A stretch of DNA of 53,657 bases from a virus (taxonomy: Duplodnaviria > Caudoviricetes), in IMG/VR virus record IMGVR_UViG_3300042922_000451, positions 1-53,657 of that record; one strand, given 5' to 3'. A model generated the notes under the pieces. The model searched no databases, was not told the DNA's origin, and saw only the letters and a program-made list of their open reading frames with translations. Numbering within the stretch: position 1 is the first letter of the stretch; each line of letters begins with the position of its first letter. Shown one piece after another: positions 50,933 to 53,657 of the stretch. A program made the position numbers and the translations under genes.

Positions 50933-51144
50933 TCCTTAATAAACGCTTTAATTATTGGAAGTGGATAAATACTATACATATGACGAAGAATCTGATGCTC
51001 TTTATCGGGATTGTTAAGAATTACACATTTCTTTCGACGACCATTATCCATAATAGAATTTATTTTCATTTCAACTATATTTCCTTTGCACACAGTAAGA
51101 ACTTTATCACCAATAGAGAGTTTTACAAATTCTAATTGATCCAT
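50929..51144 (-). CDS. Hypothetical protein
   Basis: Coupled ORF with AAGGAG RBS. Confidence 0.6.
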   Translation of the reverse strand: MDQLEFVKLSIGDKVLTVCKGNIVEMKINSIMDNGRRKKCVILNNPDKEHQILRHMYSIYPLPIIKAFIKE

Positions 51145-51148
51145 CTCA

Positions 51149-52372
51149 TCACTCCTTAATAAATTTTATCATATTGAAATTTTTCTTATTCTTTAAACTT
51201 TTTGATATAGCTAAATCTATAACAGAATTAGATATAAGATGATAATAATATAATTCTTTAAATGGAGTATTGAGTCTATCTATTCTTCCGGCGGATTGAA
51301 CCATTATTTTATAAGAATAATTCTGAGAATAGAAAATTATAGCATTAGTTGTTATGCAATTCCAACCTTCAGCTCCTGCAGTATATTGAACTAAATATAA
51401 CCAAGTATTGTCGTCTGGTACTGTCTGGTGTATATGTCCATTCCATTCATGTGTTTTAGTATTTAATGATTCACCTAATATTTTTAGCATTTCTAATTCA
51501 TAATCGAAGTTATAAAATATTATAATCTTTCGATGTTTTTGTAATATGTCTTTTATAGCTTCAAGTCTAGAACTGTCACTATTAACAACTTTCCTCATAA
51601 GATATCCTAATTCACCGATAGAATTAATTGGTTTATTTTTAAAGATATTCCAACGTTTAATATACACTTTATCGAGTAGTTCTTTATCATATTTAACATT
51701 TATTATTTCATTATGTGAAATAGTTGGTCTTTCGTAATGCATAGTCACAATGATACTATCTCTAAGTTTACATAAATGTGAAACTTCAATATATTTTTCA
51801 ACTTTTGGGTATTTAGTGAATCTATTATATACTGCATGGCGCCTAAGAAATTCAGTACGATTTTTATAAAAATTATTTGCGACGAATACGGGAATATAAT
51901 CACCCCATGTATCACCTGGCGTAGCACTTAAAAGAATCCATCTATTTACTTTTACTATTTTTAGAAAAGTTTTAACCCATGCGCCTGAACCAACTAATCT
52001 TTGCTCATCAAAAATAAAGAATGAGTTTTTTATATTTTTGTATTTTGTAATGTTATTCCATGAATCGACTACAACTTTCACACCACTAATACTTAATTGT
52101 GATTTTGTTGATATCATAAATGGAGCACATTCTTGTTCCCATTCTAAACTATCTCTCTTTTTTGCAGTGGTGATAATGTAAAGGTCTTTTGGTTTTTTCA
52201 TTTCACCGAACTCACCTTTACCATTAATTTTTATTTCACCCTGACATTCTTTTATGAAATAATAAGCTAAAGAAGTTCTAGATTTACCTGAGCCCACTCC
52301 ACCACAAAGGATGGAGCCAGACTTCAGTTTATTTACTGCTTCTTTCTGATAGTTATATAGTTCTATAGCCAT
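51149..52372 (-). CDS. SF2 DNA helicase
   Basis: GGVGSGKS, IFDEQ, LSATP, QSAGRIDR. Confidence 0.9.
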   Translation of the reverse strand: MAIELYNYQKEAVNKLKSGSILCGGVGSGKSRTSLAYYFIKECQGEIKINGKGEFGEMKKPKDLYIITTAKKRDSLEWEQECAPFMISTKSQLSISGVKVVVDSWNNITKYKNIKNSFFIFDEQRLVGSGAWVKTFLKIVKVNRWILLSATPGDTWGDYIPVFVANNFYKNRTEFLRRHAVYNRFTKYPKVEKYIEVSHLCKLRDSIIVTMHYERPTISHNEIINVKYDKELLDKVYIKRWNIFKNKPINSIGELGYLMRKVVNSDSSRLEAIKDILQKHRKIIIFYNFDYELEMLKILGESLNTKTHEWNGHIHQTVPDDNTWLYLVQYTAGAEGWNCITTNAIIFYSQNYSYKIMVQSAGRIDRLNTPFKELYYYHLISNSVIDLAISKSLKNKKNFNMIKFIKE

Positions 52373-52908
52373 TATTTATCATGTTCACAATGACCATCAC
52401 ATTGGTCACAATTTCCACATCCACCTATTGAATCGACGGCACTATCAGGCACGTCATAATATTTAGATTCAAATTTGTCTTCATGAATGGTAACATACAT
52501 TGATTTAATATATGCTTTAACTCCACTTTTTTCATTTCGTGTTCCTTCATGAAGAGTCCAATTATATGGTCTTATTATTAAATCGACTTCTTTTATTTCT
52601 GCCCAATCAAGAATCGATATTGATTCTTCATCAAGTACAGTTTTACCTTTACTGGATATTATTACTATTTTTGGTGGAATATTACCGAAGCTAACTGTTA
52701 CTTGTAAGTATGCTTGCTTTTCTTCATTACTATCTTTCGGTTCTAGCCACCTCACATTCCAACCATCATTTTCTAATGTTTGACCAAGGTCACTATCTAT
52801 GAACACACAAAAGTTTTTTCTTCCTGCCGGATTATACTTTCCTTCTTTTCCACTAAAATTACGAAACCCTATTTTTGCATTTTCAATAACAATATTATTT
52901 TTTACCAT
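52372..52908 (-). CDS. Putative single-stranded DNA-binding protein with Cys-rich tail
   Basis: Between polymerase and helicase; beta-rich, aromatic (FRNFSG, PYNW, KAY), acidic C-terminal part; function inferred. Confidence 0.6.
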   Translation of the reverse strand: MVKNNIVIENAKIGFRNFSGKEGKYNPAGRKNFCVFIDSDLGQTLENDGWNVRWLEPKDSNEEKQAYLQVTVSFGNIPPKIVIISSKGKTVLDEESISILDWAEIKEVDLIIRPYNWTLHEGTRNEKSGVKAYIKSMYVTIHEDKFESKYYDVPDSAVDSIGGCGNCDQCDGHCEHDK

Positions 52909-52923
52909 TATTAATATCCTCCT

Positions 52924-53657
52924 CTAAAATGGAGCACAATCGTGCCCTAGTTTACATTCATTTGGACCTGATAGTTTATTATCAATAAAATATTCACAAT
53001 TAAAACAATTCCCATTACAACGGCGGTCCATATATCCATCTATTAATGCTGACATTCTACTGTTAATTGGTTTATCATCGCTAACAAACATTTCGAAATC
53101 ACCATATTTAGATATATCATTTATAGCTCTGTCAACTAATTCATTATAGTATGCTCTTTCTATATCATCCTGTTTATTTAATGTTTTAACCATTTCTGAC
53201 TCGAGCCATCTATATCCTTTACTTCCAGTAGCAGCATAAAATTTACCATCTTTTTCTCTTAATAATTCACCTCCACCTTTTCCAGGTTTAATTGGACAGA
53301 AAGAACCAACTTTACCAACAAAATGATAGTTATGACCTCTATTTATTAATACCCTAAGTTCTACTAGTTTATCATCATTAACATTTGGTAATAATCCTAA
53401 TGAATCTGTATTTTTTCTAATCCATAGATCTAATTCCTTTTCATATCTAGATACATCTTCTAAATCTTCATTCATATCTAAATATAACGCCGATGTTACA
53501 GATTTAGTTTCACACATATCTTCAAACATAATAGGTTCTTTACTGAATAATGTTTTAAATACATATGGTTGAGCAAATTGAGCACCAGTAGCAGTCCATG
53601 TATTAATCTTTTTAGTTTTAGCAGCCCATCCATATTTTGCAATGTAAACTGCGTCAT
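52924..53657 (-). CDS. 3' part of the replicase fusion (PolB C-terminus), continuous with 1-3536
   Basis: Junction reads ...KEPIMFEDMCETK in frame; Cys-rich tail CNGNCFNC...C...HDC. Confidence 0.85.
   Translation of the reverse strand, partial: DAVYIAKYGWAAKTKKINTWTATGAQFAQPYVFKTLFSKEPIMFEDMCETKSVTSALYLDMNEDLEDVSRYEKELDLWIRKNTDSLGLLPNVNDDKLVELRVLINRGHNYHFVGKVGSFCPIKPGKGGGELLREKDGKFYAATGSKGYRWLESEMVKTLNKQDDIERAYYNELVDRAINDISKYGDFEMFVSDDKPINSRMSALIDGYMDRRCNGNCFNCEYFIDNKLSGPNECKLGHDCAPF
53531..53657. repeat. Terminal direct repeat, copy 2
   Basis: Identical to 1-127. Confidence 0.95.

Noticed and set aside
53531-53657. 127-bp terminal repeat as a biological DTR
   Set aside because: The length matches a standard assembler k-mer and the repeat lies mid-gene; it reflects circular assembly
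1-53657. Genome-wide stop-codon reassignment, DGR or retron
   Set aside because: Genes are intact in the standard code using all three stops, and no reverse transcriptase motifs were seen

Overview
The window is an apparently complete, AT-rich tailed dsDNA phage genome with siphovirus gene content. It was assembled as a circle: bases 1-127 repeat exactly at 53531-53657, so the unit length is 53,530 bp. Strong GGAGG/GAAAGGAG Shine-Dalgarno sites, a BppU/Dit/Tal baseplate and a PG-binding endolysin point to a Bacillota (probably clostridial) host. All credible genes are on the minus strand, and I see no integrase or repressor. In transcription order from a candidate cos site (~46.68 kb): SLT, putative small terminase, HNH, large terminase, portal, protease-capsid fusion, tail genes (with a Tad2/DUF2829-like gene inserted), tape measure, baseplate/fibre, lysis, a 9-kb array of promoter-gene-terminator cassettes (10.1-19.4 kb), duplicated small-gene families, a repeat-rich putative origin, a ~1380-aa helicase-primase-exonuclease-PolB fusion crossing the window edge, an SSB-like gene, an SF2 helicase, two nucleases and a 944-aa protein with two-barrel RNA polymerase motifs (RYP, GADADGD). 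The best candidate for a new system combines four things: (i) this single-chain RNAP; (ii) 16 copies of a TCGCN-N14-TATAAT promoter; (iii) three promoter/terminator cassettes that hold structured non-coding RNAs instead of genes; (iv) a free-standing 105-aa protein, directly downstream of one of these RNAs, that is 50% identical without gaps to the RNAP segment just after the catalytic motif. All calls come from reading motifs by eye; no database searches were run.
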